64,000 nucleotides of DNA, taken from the NCBI RefSeq assembly GCF_004010195.1, contig NC_057718.1:17958373-18022372 (forward strand). The letters are read 5' to 3'. Position 1 is the stretch's first letter; each line of letters starts with the position of its first letter. Below the pieces are notes generated by a model. The model made no database searches, was not told the DNA's origin, and worked only from the letters and a program-made list of their open reading frames with translations. The position numbers and the translations under genes are program-made. Of the stretch, positions 49,258 to 61,910 are shown one piece after another. The DNA comes from Chiloscyllium plagiosum. Its lineage: Eukaryota.

Positions 49258-51185
49258 TAAAAAGGACTGCAGATGCTGGAAACCAGAGTCTCGATTAGAG
49301 TGATGCAGGAAAAGCATAGCAGCTCAGGCAGCATCTGAGGAGCAGGAAAATGGCCCGAAACAGGAATCGGGAATAGAGGCACGGTGGCTGCAGAGTGGAG
49401 AGAGAAATGAGAGGTGGGGTGGGACTGGGGGAAGGTAGCAAAAAGTACAATGAGTGAATGGGGGTGGGAATGAAGGTGCTAGGTCAGAGAGGAGGTTGGA
49501 GTGGATAGGTGGGAAGGAAGATAAGCAGGTAGGACAGGTCATGAGGGNNNNNNNNNNNNNNNNNNNNNNNNNNNNNNNNNNNNNNNNNNNNNNNNNNNNN
49601 NNNNNNNNNNNNNNNNNNNNNNNNNNNNNNNNNNNNNNNNNNNNNNNNNNNNNNNNNNNNNNNNNNNNNNNNNNNNNNNNNNNNNNNNNNNNNNNNNNNN
49701 NNNNNNNNNNNNNNNNNNNNNNNNNNNNNNNNNNNNNNNNNNNNNNNNNNNNNNNNNNNNNNNNNNNNNNNNNNNNNNNNNNNNNNNNNNNNNNNNNNNN
49801 NNNNNNNNNNNNNNNNNNNNNNNNNNNNNNNNNNNNNNNNNNNNNNNNNNNNNNNNNNNNNNNNNNNNNNNNNNNNNNNNNNNNNNNNNNNNNNNNNNNN
49901 NNNNNNNNNNNNNNNNNNNNNNNNNNNNNNNNNNNNNNNNNNNNNNNNNNNGGGTGGTGGGGGGTGGGTGAGGGGGGGGGGGAAATGGGGTTATGGTAGG
50001 AGGAGGTGTTTAAGGGTTGGCGTCTGGCTTCAGCAGTGTAGAGGTCAGTGTGCCAAACTACCACTGCACCCCCTTTATCTGCTGGTTTGATGGTGTGGTT
50101 TGGATTGGAGCAGAGGGAGTGGAGGGTTGCGCGGTGAGGGGTTGGGGGAGGGGGGTAGACAGGTTGAGGCGGTTAATATCTCGGCAGCAGTTGGAAATGG
50201 AGATCGAGGGCGGGTAATAGGCCAGCACCGGGTGTCCAGGTGAATGGAGTGTGTTGGAGGTGGGCAAAGGGGTCCTCGGAAGGTGGGCGGGAGTCTTGAT
50301 TGTAAAAGTAAGCACGGAGGCAGCGGAAGAAGTGTTCAACGTCACTGCATGTATTAAATTCATTTATATGTGGATGGAGTGGGATAAAGGTGAGGCCTTT
50401 GCTGAGGACTGATCGTCTCTCCTCAGTGAGGGGGATGTCAGGGGGAATGGTGAAAACCCGGCAGGGCTGGGAGCTAGGACCTGGTGTAGGTGTGAAGTGG
50501 GGGCAGAGCCTGTAACTGGAGTGGGCGTGGTGTTAGTGGAAATATGGGTGGAGACATGAGCAGGGCTAGTGTTCCCTTCAGGGTTCAGGGTGGCAGGGAT
50601 GGTGACAGTGGGACCTGCGTGGGCACATGTTAGCAGAATGCAGGTGAGGGGCATTGGGAGTGGAAGTGGTGGCAAACTCGGCAGTGGGGGCGGGGAGAGT
50701 CAGTGTGTGTGACATCAGCGATGATGTGAGGGGTGGAAGTGATGTCACATGTGGTGCATGAGGAATTGAGGGGCGCAAGTGCTATGGAAGTGGCCATGAT
50801 GGGGGCGGAAGTGACGTCATCCATCACCGTGGGGATGGTGGCTGCAGCAACTGCATGGCTAATGGCATCCGAGCAGTTCCAGAGCCCGGGGGAATCTTCT
50901 GGAATGTTTGAGGAATGCTGGTTGTGGAGGTGGGTAGATAAACAGTTTGTTGTACTTAGCTTTTGTTTGAGATGGTGTTGAAATATTGTTTGTTGATAGT
51001 ATGAATTCTCCTGAATATAATATAGAAGGGGTCCTTTGCAGTTCTGAGTGTGTGGGGCCCTCTGATGTGGCAGGACTGACTGTAGAGAGATTAGGTGCTG
51101 CCGCATAGCTGCGAGTGTGGAGTGAAGGATCTTGAAGGAGAACCGTTGCTGGTGTTTTTGAATCTGTGGTCTGGTGGGTGAACGT
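49258..51185 (-). mobile_element. Penelope-like element spanning an assembly gap
   Basis: Pseudo-LTR end AGGACTGCAGATGCTGG...CAGGCAGCATCTGAGGAGCAGG at 49263-49348; minus strand TIKPADKGGAVVVWHTDLYTAEARRQ (DKG motif of PLE proteins) at about 50015-50095. Confidence 0.85.
49548..49951. other. Assembly gap (404 N)
   Basis: Run of N bases. Confidence 1.
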
Positions 51186-51754
51186 TGCTTCTGTGGACTC
51201 TAAACACCAGAATTCATTACATGAGAGCCCTGTTGCTGTGTTGTACTTGGCATACTTGGTTTATCATGGAATCAGAGATTGTGATTTGTGATTTGTTTTT
51301 TGTCCTTTTGAAACCAATTGTAGGACTGCAACCTGATTGATCAATCAAGATGTTTCTGCTCTTTCTTTAAATAGTTCAGTGAGTTTCCACATCAATTGAC
51401 ACTTTCAGTCAAAACAGTGGAAAAACATTGTAAGAAGACACTACATGTGCGAAGGATGTAGGTGATTTCAAAAAGTGTCCTTCGGTGATATCTATAAGGA
51501 TGTTTTGGAACAATGTATGATTATAATCTGATGTGATTGAAACATACAAATAACACGGATAATAATCTTTGATAAATTGTTTGTTTTCCTCCTTTGTGCA
51601 ATTCCTACTCCCTTTGTGTTATTAATGATGTTTTCACGTATACCAATTTCCACTTTTAGCCATCTTTGTTTTGAGTAATCCTTGTGTTTGATCTATAGCA
51701 TCTGTAATATCTTTTGTAAACTTCCTTCCTGGTTGGTAGGGATTAGATACCATG

Positions 51755-52240
51755 GTCATAGAGCTGCACAGCACAGAAACCGATCCTTCAACTTGTTCAT
51801 GCCGAAAAGATATCCGAAACTAACCTAGTCCCATTTGCCAGTACTTGGCCCATATCCTTCTAAACCTTTTCTATTTATACACCTATTCAGATGCCTTTTA
51901 AATGTTGTAATTACCAGCCTCTACCATTTCCTCTGGCAGCTCATTCCATAAATGCATCACCCTTCGTTAAAAAGGTTATCCCTTGGGTCCCTTTTATATC
52001 TTTCCCCTCTCACCCTAAACCTATACCTTCTAGTTCTGGACTCCACCATCCCAGGGAAAAATACTTGGTCTGTTTATTTTATCCATGCCCCTCATGATTT
52101 TATAAACACTCAGCCTCTGATGCTCCAGAGAAAACAGCCCCAGCCCATTCAGCATTTCCCTATAGCTCAAATCCTCTAACCCGAGCAACATCCTTGTAAA
52201 TCTTTTCTGAACCCTTTCAAGTTTCACAACATCCTTTCCA
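51755..52240 (-). mobile_element. CR1/HER1-type LINE 3' fragment
   Basis: Minus strand KLERVQKRFTRMLLGLEDLSYREMLN; GTCATAGAG tail. Confidence 0.88.
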
Positions 52241-52989
52241 GAGACAACTTGAGCAAAACTGCAGTTTGTGAATTAAGCACAGGATTAACTCTAGTATTCA
52301 ATAATTTCTGTATACTGTAGTAGCAACACTGATTTAAAATGGGATGGTGGGTAGTTTTATGAGGTCACCTAAGGTTGGTGATGTTCCTTGCATTTTTATT
52401 GAATTTCTTGGGCAGTGGTATTTATGACTGTAGCATCTCTTGATGGATGAAAACTGCACTGAGACTCTAAAGGAGCTCCCCAGCCATTAGGAAGAGGGGA
52501 CGGGAGGGTCTCTTGTGGTGATCTTCCCTCTGTAGCCAGCAGGTAGACTGCACTGTAGTTACTGCAATCAGACTTCTCTCTTTTTGTGATTAGTCATGAT
52601 CAGACCACCTCTGACATGATCCCAGCACAAACTTCTCTTCCTGAGAGAAATATGAACTTGCAGAAGTTGTGCAGCCACGTCAGGAATGTATCTCCACTGT
52701 GTTTCAGAATTTCACTAGGGTTTCCAAATGCTTCAGGCTTCAACTGTTTGTCAGCGTTTGATATTATCAACTTTAAAAAAAAAAGTTTATGGAGTATGTT
52801 CCTCAAATTTATCATCATTCAGAAATGTACAACCATCTTATACCTACTTCACAATGAGGTGCAAGACATGATTCTTTCTGTTGGGATAACCACAGCACAT
52901 ATATTTCAGTGAAGATTGGGATCACCTTCCAACTATCTCCTAGAGAGTAACACTTCCTCCTATCAATTTAAGATCAGTGACTTCCTGAA

Positions 52990-53760
52990 AAATAGAGCTT
53001 TTTCCATACCTTGGGATCCTCCTCTTGATGAACAATAAATCTCAACATGCCGGTTTAGCATTGGACCAACTGAGGAAGAATATTTAAGGACTAGAATCTC
53101 AAGTCTCAACTAACACTATATTTGACAAGCAGTAATGATCTTTGAGCTTCAGAAGTGCCTGCTGCTTCCAAATGCTGGACAAAGACTATCAAGAATGTAT
53201 TCATGAGGTCCTCCAGATCTGGTAGCATGAAAGGCAGTTCAACAGCAGTGGTCTTCTTCTTAAACCAATGTTCCCAACATTGAAGTGCAAATTATGTCAA
53301 ACCAAATCCACTCAGAAGGATGTTTATATGCCTGGCACCAGACTCTTGAAGCAACTGCCCTATTTGGAACTTGGTCACAGGAGATTCCCAGGACAACAGC
53401 AGAAATACTTTTAGGGATGCCCTCAAAGCACCACCTGAAGACGTCAAATGTTTGTACACTCATCCAGTTTCTGACTTGGGACCAACTAAAATGGAGAAGG
53501 TTTATTCAAGAAGGCTGCACACATATATATTGAGAGAAATTGTCAGGAGCAATTCAAGGTATAGTTGAGGTGTCAGAGACCGTGCACAATCCTCAAAACA
53601 ACTCATCTGCTTGGCCCTTCAAGCTCCAGCCCCTTGTGGCATTATTTTGTTGATTTCACATTTTGGAATAATCTGCCATCTCAAGCCACTGAACTAGAGT
53701 GGAGGCCAGTCACCCTTGATCCCAAGGGGCTACCTAAGAAGAGAAGACTGGATGTTTGCA
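52990..53760 (+). mobile_element. RTE-clade LINE 3' remnant
   Basis: MPGTRLLKQLPYLELGHRR.PGQQQK.FRDALK resembles the RTE C-terminal MPDxRLPKQLLYxEL...GGQRKRFKDxLK. Confidence 0.65.
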
Positions 53761-54634
53761 AAATGACTGGGAACGCTATAGATCTCGATCAGAGAAGATG
53801 GGTGGAAATTCATGGCTTATGTCAATAACAATACCACGTCCATTTATCTCATTAAATTAATATAGTAAAACATCCTGAGGCATTTTACAGGAATTTTATG
53901 AAACAAAGTTTGACAGTAATAATGGGGTTGGAATATTTTTTGACTGTAAATTCATGCACACAGTTTGGTGAGCTTAACTTGATATTCTGATTTTGTTTTT
54001 AATGATGTCATGATCTCCTGTTTGTATGAAGTTGAGGTAGAAATGGTTGCAGCATATTCTGTCTCTCTTTTTCTCATCAATTCTGTTTTGTTAGCTTGGC
54101 TACCCAATTTTACAATGGCACAAAGGCATAGCAATGCTGTCTGGATAATGAACAGTGACCGCTAAAAATGCTGATGTGTCATAAATGTGCACAAAATTCT
54201 AAATTGTTTTCTCTCCTTCGGCAATACCTGATTGCTTTACAGGATAAATACTGAGAACGTTGTTTTGTAGAAAATCTTTATTTCCTCATGCTATGTGATT
54301 GTGCTAGGTTATAACCTTGTGTCCAATTATAATTTGGACTATTTTTAATCACGTTCATTCAATTAAACAGGAATGATTTATGTGATGGCCTCTGGTTTAA
54401 ACAGTGATTGCACAGTATTGAACAAAGAGGTGTTGGGGTTCAGTACTTGGCCTGTGCTGGGTTAGTTGATTTCTGCCAGAACTGGGAGAGTGCTAAACTG
54501 GTGTTTTGGTTGTGAATGAGACCGGACTTGAGATCAGCTTGTAATTTTCCCCGCAGTTAACCAACCAGCATTGGTTGTTATGTTTGCATGGTCGATGTGC
54601 ATTAGCTGCTGCTTTGCTGTTGACCCCCTCAGCC

Positions 54635-55140
54635 AGACCCTCATGAACTCTAGATTTGATCGTTTCAATAAACTGCAGGCTAGACTCCCATGTCGTACCC
54701 TCTATAAACTTAAGATCATTAAAAACTCAGATGCCTGTGTTGTCTTAACCGCCAACAAATCCCATCCCATATTACTTTACTGATTCCCAGTCAAGGAATA
54801 TTTTGATGTTAAAATTCTCATCCTTGTTTTTCAAATGCCTCCGTGTTGTTGCCCCTCTTCTTTTCTCCCACCTTCTGAGAAACCTGTGCTCCTTCATTCT
54901 GACCTCTTGTGTATTCCGAAGTGTAATTGCTGCACCATTATCACCTCAACACCATACTCTTGAATAACCTATCCTTCTGCTTCTCTACCTTGCTTTCATC
55001 CTTTAAGACACTTAAAACTTTGACTGAGATTTTGGCAATTTGTTCTATTATTTGCTTGCTTTGCTTTACCGTTAATGCAACTGTAAAGTACCTTGGGATG
55101 TTAAAGGTACCATGTAGATAAAAAGATGTCACTGTTGTGC
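54635..55140 (+). mobile_element. L2-clade LINE 3' remnant
   Basis: SRFDRFNKLQARLPCRTLYKLKIIKNSDACV resembles L2 SRLDYxNxLLAGLP...LQxIQNSAAR; tail TGTAAAGTACCTTGGGATG. Other L2 relics near 27380-27800 and 38380-38610 (-). Confidence 0.6.
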
Positions 55141-55164
55141 ATTTTGAAGAGACATGAATTAACA

Positions 55165-55503
55165 AACAGAATTCCTACAGTGTGTAAGTACTCCATTCAG
55201 CCCGTCGAGTCCACACCAGACCTCTGAACAACATTCCACTCAAACCAACCCAACTGCATCCCTTCCCAAACCCTGTAACCCTGCATTTCAGATGACTGAT
55301 CTTCCAAACCCGCCATCCCTGAACAATATGGACAATTTATTATGGCCAAGCCACCTTACCTGCACATCTTTGGACTGTGGGAGGAAAGTGGAGTACCCAG
55401 AAGAAACGCACACAGGCAAAGGGAGAATGCATGGCGTGTGCATAGACAGTCACCCTAGGGCAGAATTGAATCCAGGTCCCTGGTGCTGTGAGACAGCAGT
55501 GCT
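55165..55503 (-). mobile_element. HE1-type V-SINE (more diverged)
   Basis: CCTGCACATCTTTGGACTGTGGGAGGAAA...GGGAGAATGC...CCCTGGTGCTGTGAGACAGCAGTGCT. Confidence 0.85.
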
Positions 55504-56939
55504 TGTTTGGTATCTAGAAAGAGAGAAACAAAACTGATGTATCAAATTCATGAATGTAGTTTGGTAACTGGCAATGGGACATTTTTCATATTGCCGGTAA
55601 TTTATTTTGAGTGAATGCCTGTAGGGATAAAACTGGGACCTCTGAATGGAATGACTCACTCTGGTGAGACTGACCAGATTTCAGTCATGGTGACGTAGGC
55701 AACGTTCTCGTCTCTGAATTAGAAGGTCTTGGATTCAGATTTCACCCCATAAAATTTAGGATTCATTCAATAGAGTAGTCTTGGAATGCTGCACAATCAA
55801 AGGTGTGGACATACTCTTGAGACATCTGTCTCCTTAGTGGGAGGAAAACTATGGTATTATATTAGTTTGAAAAGGAACAGGGAGTGTTCATCCTGGTGGG
55901 CTTGCCAGTAGGGAAGTGTGAAGGAGTAATATTTGAATAAATAGCCGTGGCATTCAATTTTTTTGAGGGGCCCTTCTAGCTTTTTTGTTGTTCTCACTAA
56001 CTTTTATTAGGTGATGCTTTTGTTGATTGTAGTGGGTATTTGGTAGTGCATAGGCAGAATTAGAAGAATTCAACAATATCCTGAATAATTATCAACCCCA
56101 TTAAACGTTAAAGCCACAACTCGATGAGAGCAGTAATGTCTTGGAATCCACAGTATTTAAATTTGTATAAGACAAAGATACGTTAGCAAATTTATTTTTC
56201 AAAATAATTGACGCATACTTTTACATATCTTTCACAATCTTACAGATTCATCATTACCCAATCCACTTACAACCTTCCCATCTTTGCTGTGCTGTTGGGA
56301 GCCTTCTCAGCTGTTCCATCTCTCTCAAATTCTACCGTCTCTCCACAGTACCAATGGTCCTCCTATCTCTCTCACCACCCCACCCCCAAAATCATGTCTA
56401 TCAGACCTCCCATCTGCCCCCATTTTCCCTGGATCTGGTGCAGTCGGAACATCAACAAAAAGATGGCTCTCCATTACTTGCTCTGTTACTGCTGGCATTT
56501 ATTTAGTTTGTTCACTGCTCCTCCAATTATAGGCTGGTTCTCTCCCATGCTCGCTCCTAATAGGTTTGCAAATAAACCTATCAGTAGCCAGCATGGGAGA
56601 CAACCAGCCTGTGATTGGAGGAGATGTTTCTCTCCATTTCTTTGCATTTTTCTCTGGTTGTCTCTCTGAATTTTATTTACTATTTTTGTTTTGTAAATTA
56701 CTCTGATATGAGACATCCTATGATAATGCAAAAGTTCTGAAGAGAGATGCAACATTGTAGATGTGTGAAGTCTGTGTATATAGTTCATAGAATGTGATTA
56801 ATCATGTACATTGAAAATCTGAGTCTCTAGCAACCTGTCTTCAGTAGAACACCCACCTCTTCCAAGGCTAACCCACATAATTACAGAAATATTTTCTGTT
56901 CATTTAATTTAAAAAATATATAATCCACACGATATAAGC

Positions 56940-57575
56940 ATCATGAGCAAGACCAGCATTGTTGCCTGTCTCTAAATGCTCTGGAGAAGGAGGCGAGTGA
57001 TGAACAATTGCAGTCCATCCATTGTAGGTACAGCCACAGTGCTGTTAAGAAGTAAGCTGTCGGATTCCAACTTGGCCAGAGTGAAAGAATGACCATATAG
57101 TTTCCAATCGGTATGTTGTGTGAAGTCTCGGGGACCTTGCAGGAGGTGGTGATCCCAAGCATCTGCCCTTATTCTTCCAGGTGATGGGAATCATAGGGTC
57201 TGGAAAGTGTTCTAGAAGGAACCTTGGTGAGTTACTGCAGTGAATTTCTGCAGATTGTAGATGGTACATCCTGTAGCCATTGCAAAAGAAGTGGCTGCTT
57301 AAGGCAGTGGGTATGGTGCCAATCATGCAGAACGCTTTGTCCAGGATGGTATTGAACTGCTTGAGTTTTCTTGGAGCTGAACTCAGTTTGGCAGATGGAA
57401 TTTATTCCATCACATTCCTGATCTGTGCTACGTAGATGATGGATGAGCTCTGGGGAAATCTTGAAGCAATTTCCATTCAATGTATAGTTTCCAGCTTTTA
57501 ATTATCTTTTGGTGGCCACTATATGTAAATAAGCAAATCCAGTCAAGGTTTTGGTCAATAGAGACCCCCACAAAC
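56940..57575 (-). mobile_element. LINE-like 3' remnant of an undetermined family
   Basis: Homologous to 42020-42300 (AGCATT...CTGGAGAA...GGTGATCCCA); recurrent, degenerate, no ORF. Confidence 0.5.
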
Positions 57576-60500
57576 ATTAAGTTAAATTGACTTATTTTAT
57601 TTTCCTTTACTTATTATGAGAACAAAATAGAAGTAGTTCTGCATTTTCTTTAATCTTGGCTGCCAAACTGGTTGTGCTTCTAATGGCAAAGTAATTTTAT
57701 TTATATTTTATTAAATTGTCTGGCATGCTAAGTAAACCCAATATATTTCAGATTCAGCACTTGCTAAAATCTATAATATTTCAAGTAACATTAAAAATAT
57801 TAAATGCTGAACTATTGATGGCTCTGTTTCTTGGATGGACCATTAAACTGAAGTCTGTGGGGAGGGTAGATGGAATCTCTTAGTTCACCTGTAATATGGC
57901 ACCTCTGACATTTCCTCAATACAGCGCTGATGTGTCAAACCAGATTATGCACTCAAAAAGCTAAAGTGGGCGTTAGTCCAAGGCCCCTGACTCAGAAGTG
58001 AGTAAAGGTTCACATCTATTACTAATTGGTTACTTGACATGATGAACTCCAGTTACCTTGAGCACAACAGTAGGAAAATCAAAGTCATGATTTTCTGTTC
58101 CCACATCTAACTCTAATTCCATGCAAGCTGAACCAGATGTTGTGCGGACTTAACATTCTGCAACTCTGTTCTGTTCTTTTAATTTCACATCTGGCTAGTC
58201 ACCAGAGTTGCACTTTCCTGTCACGAGGCCATTGTGAACCTGTGTCCCAGCCTCTGTCCTGCTCAATCAATATTTTCATTACTTCTCAAACAGGTTTCCG
58301 TAATCCTCCACTATCCTAGGCCACTCTTCTCAACTGACATATAATTTAAAGAAAACCCGCTTTGTGCACAGTCCCATATGACTATTCAACCAGTTTGTGC
58401 CAAGCTGCACTTATAGTCCTAGAGTCATAGATGTACAGCACGGAAACAGACCTCAGGCCATTTTGTTTTGGCCTACGAATTGATATTTGCATTCTCATCC
58501 TCCACGCTTCCATGGTCTGTATAGTCTCTGAATATTTACCACCATCCTCACCCATTGCTCACCAGTGCTTTTCTCCATTTCTGACTGTCGTGTACATGTA
58601 TGCATTGTAATTTTATCAAAGAAAATATATAACAGGGTTCATTATCTGGTTCAAAATTTTGTAATTTTTCACAGCTGACTTTGCTGTATGTGTAATTTCC
58701 CTCAAGTCCAAAGTAATCTAGCATGGATTAGCACAGCCATCTTTCTGGTCTATGAGAGCCTTGAACAAACCATCTTGAGTAAACAATAAACTGCAAACAG
58801 TTTATAGCATTGCTGCAACTGCTTACAGATTATATCAATTTGATCTGCATGATGACAGATAATGTTAGGAGCTCATTAGCCTAAATGTCTGTCTCTGCCC
58901 AAGTCCTTGTGACATCACCACAATGGATGGTATTTACTAGATTCAGTTGAATAGTAACCCTTCCTAACAGACCTGTACACTATGCACAGAAGCAGATTAT
59001 GCTACAGGACAGACCACTTTGCTCAAAGATAGTTCTACTTGACTCTTCCTTGCGTAAGCAAATTCTGAAGCCCTCAATAGTGCTTTCAATTTCACTAAAC
59101 TTATAAAAGGTTTAATTGTATTATAAACATCCCACTCCAGCTTTATTTTCTTAAATTAATTTGCTTTATCTCCTCAAGATGCCCTTTGTCCCCTATTCTA
59201 TGTTTTTGTGCTTCCTTGCCCCCTCTCTGAGCAAAGTATGTACATGAACTAATGGCCAAAAATGATGACCAAACCTGGTCATTCAATTTGGTCCCATTCA
59301 TATAGCAATAAAGCACTGAGACCTCTTGGCATTTTCTTCCACTAGTAAATCTCCTGGGATGTACTATTTGAGCTTCACGATAAAGTTACATGGTGCTGAT
59401 ACAATTTTTGAGAGACACCTTTATGACCTATTCATACAAACGTGGCAGCGCAAACGAGAATGCATTTGTCCTGACACTGCAAAAATAAAAGAGAATTCTT
59501 TGCCCAAGGCAGCATTCAATTTTTTTTTTTTTTTGCAGAAAACTGATTTGGCAACCAGACAAATCTTCTCGCTCACTAATCAGTGGAGCTCAGCAGCTTT
59601 GCACTGTTTTATTATTTTGAAGTGGTGGGGGCCTGCGGGAAGAGGATGCTTCGTAAGAAGCGTGCAACAAAATGTTAAAATGTGTTGACAGTGTGATAAG
59701 AGAAATTCAATTAATGTTGGACCTTATGTGCTTTTGTGTAGCTTTAGGTGAATAGATTTATACCATCTGTTGACATTCCAAGATGCCCTCAGATCAGCTT
59801 GTCTGTTTGTAAAAATAAAGATATTTTTCCAGCTGCATTTTTATTTCCAGAAGTAAAATAAATATGTGCTTTAAATTTAGTCATTATTGACTTCTACCTG
59901 TACTAGTATAGCTGATTGATTGAAACACTAGAAATTTACTTCAGTTGGGTGTAAGATTTTTAAAATGTGTGTATTTAGGAGCTTGACACAATGTGCTTTT
60001 TTTCATTAGAACAATGAAAATTGAGATAATATTATGTCAGTGTTTAAAGGACAGGACACAAGCAGATTATTTGCAGTATTTGTGCAGTTTATCATGAGGG
60101 GCTGTGGGATACAAAGTGTAGAGACAGCAATGAACAGTTCTTCACACTGAGTCGGCAGGCTGTGGAACTCACTTTTTGAGGGAAAGGCTGCTGTGGCAAA
60201 TTTCACTCTAGCTTTCCTTGCAAGATCATTGCAACCTTGGCAGAGCCCAGATTGCGTGTGTGTGTGTGTGTTCAATTTCTGCTGAAACCCCAGCAAAGTT
60301 ACTGCAGTGGAGCACATGAAGTCCGGAGGAAACTAGCCCACTAAGTCAGGGTTCACAACCACGTTTGATCAGGTGAAGGGAAAAGGGGAACTGAGTAGTT
60401 TAATGTTGAGGATTGTATGTTGATTATGAACTGGCATGTACTGGCTAAAAAAAATGGCCTGTATTCATCCGTCTGCAGGGCACTAATAGTACAGTTCTGG

Positions 60501-61209
60501 GAGCAGGCTCATTAAACTTCAAGAAGTTCAGAGTGCAGAAACCTTGGGAACATCATGCACAATATGGAAATTCTCATTATTGCATACTTCAGTGAATGTT
60601 GGCTACCTAGATCTAGGTGACCGAACAAACAATTTTTTTTAAAACGTTACACTAAAATAGAACTCCTTTTAAAATCACAATAAATCCTGCCTGGGTTACT
60701 ACATCTGCCACAAGAAATGTCCTTAATTCCACAGTGCAGTGATAAAATGCCAAAGCGAAACTGAGGTGTAATTAACCACAACATTGACAGCACAAATTAC
60801 ACACTCCTTAGGAAGTTGCTTTTGGCAGTGATGTGTTGTATAGTTTCAAGATTCTCTAATTATACACTACTATGTGGGTAGAGAAAGAGGTATTATTGGA
60901 AATGACAATGGCCAGAGCACTTATTACTGCATTGTGGGCTACAATACATGGCATTAGGATGTCTACAAAATGTCATCACTGCAATCTCTAATGAAAAATC
61001 AATTTCGTATTCTCTCAAACACTCATTAATTTACATCCACCCTTACCCTGTTTTCTCCAATCACTTTCATATGCAAGGATGGCAGAAATTGATGCAATTA
61101 CTGCCCCTTTTCATTCCCTCCCTGTGCAAAAAGCAAAGCCTATTTTACCTCTGTCCTTCTATGGAAGTGCCATGTTGATCCCCATGTAAGCTGGCAATGG
61201 TTCCTAGCA

Positions 61210-61304
61210 GGATTTCCTGAAGAAGGGCTTATGCCCGAAACGTCGATTCTCCTGTTCCTTGGATGCTGCCTGACCTGCTGCGCTTTTCCAGCAACACATT
61301 TTCA
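61210..61304 (+). mobile_element. 95-bp Penelope-derived mini-insertion with intact minimal hammerhead core
   Basis: 16-bp TSD GCAATGGTTCC(T/A)AGCA (61194-61209, 61305-61320); CTGAAGA-A-GGGC-TTAT-GCCC-GAAA-CGTC at 61217-61244. Confidence 0.85.
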
Positions 61305-61556
61305 GCAATGGTTCCAAGCATTCAATTTGTGGAATAGAAGCAGAGAAATGATCTTGCATTTTGTCCTCATCTTTGCTAAGCAGTGACAGAATCTGGTAGC
61401 AACTGGTTCTAAACCACAACGCTGATGAACACAACTTAACTAGACCGGATGTGTAATTTATTCATATTAAAGCAATTACTCTGCCTATCTCTTGAAACAA
61501 TTAAACTCCTGGGATCTATAGAAGGATTCGCAACTTGGGGCAATTGTCTATTCTGA

Positions 61557-61910
61557 GGGCAGCACAGTGACGCAGTGGTTAGTATTGCTTCATGGCATTA
61601 GGGACCCAGGTTAGATTCCACCCTTGGGCGACTGTCTGCGTAGAGTTTGCGCATTCTCCCTGTGTCGGTGAGTTTTCTCCAGGGGCCCTGGTTTCCTCCC
61701 ACAGTCCAAAGATGTGTAGATTAGGTAGATTGACCATGCTAAATTTCCCAAAGTGTCCAGGGATGTGTAGGTTGGATGGATTGACTTTGGGAAATTTTGG
61801 GGTTACAGAGATAGGGTGGGCAAGTGAATCTGGATAGGATGCCCTTCAGAGGGATGGTGTGGAGTCAATGGACCGAACGGCCTGCTTCTGCACTGTAGGG
61901 ATTCTGCGAT
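61557..61910 (+). mobile_element. HE1-type V-SINE
   Basis: GGGCAGCACAGTGACGCAGTGGTTAG head, V-domain, and tail GGACCGAACGGCCTGCTTCTGCACTGTAGGGATTCT. Confidence 0.88.

Noticed and set aside
49324..50064. 246-aa and 181-aa ORFs
   Set aside because: Artefacts of translating through the N gap.
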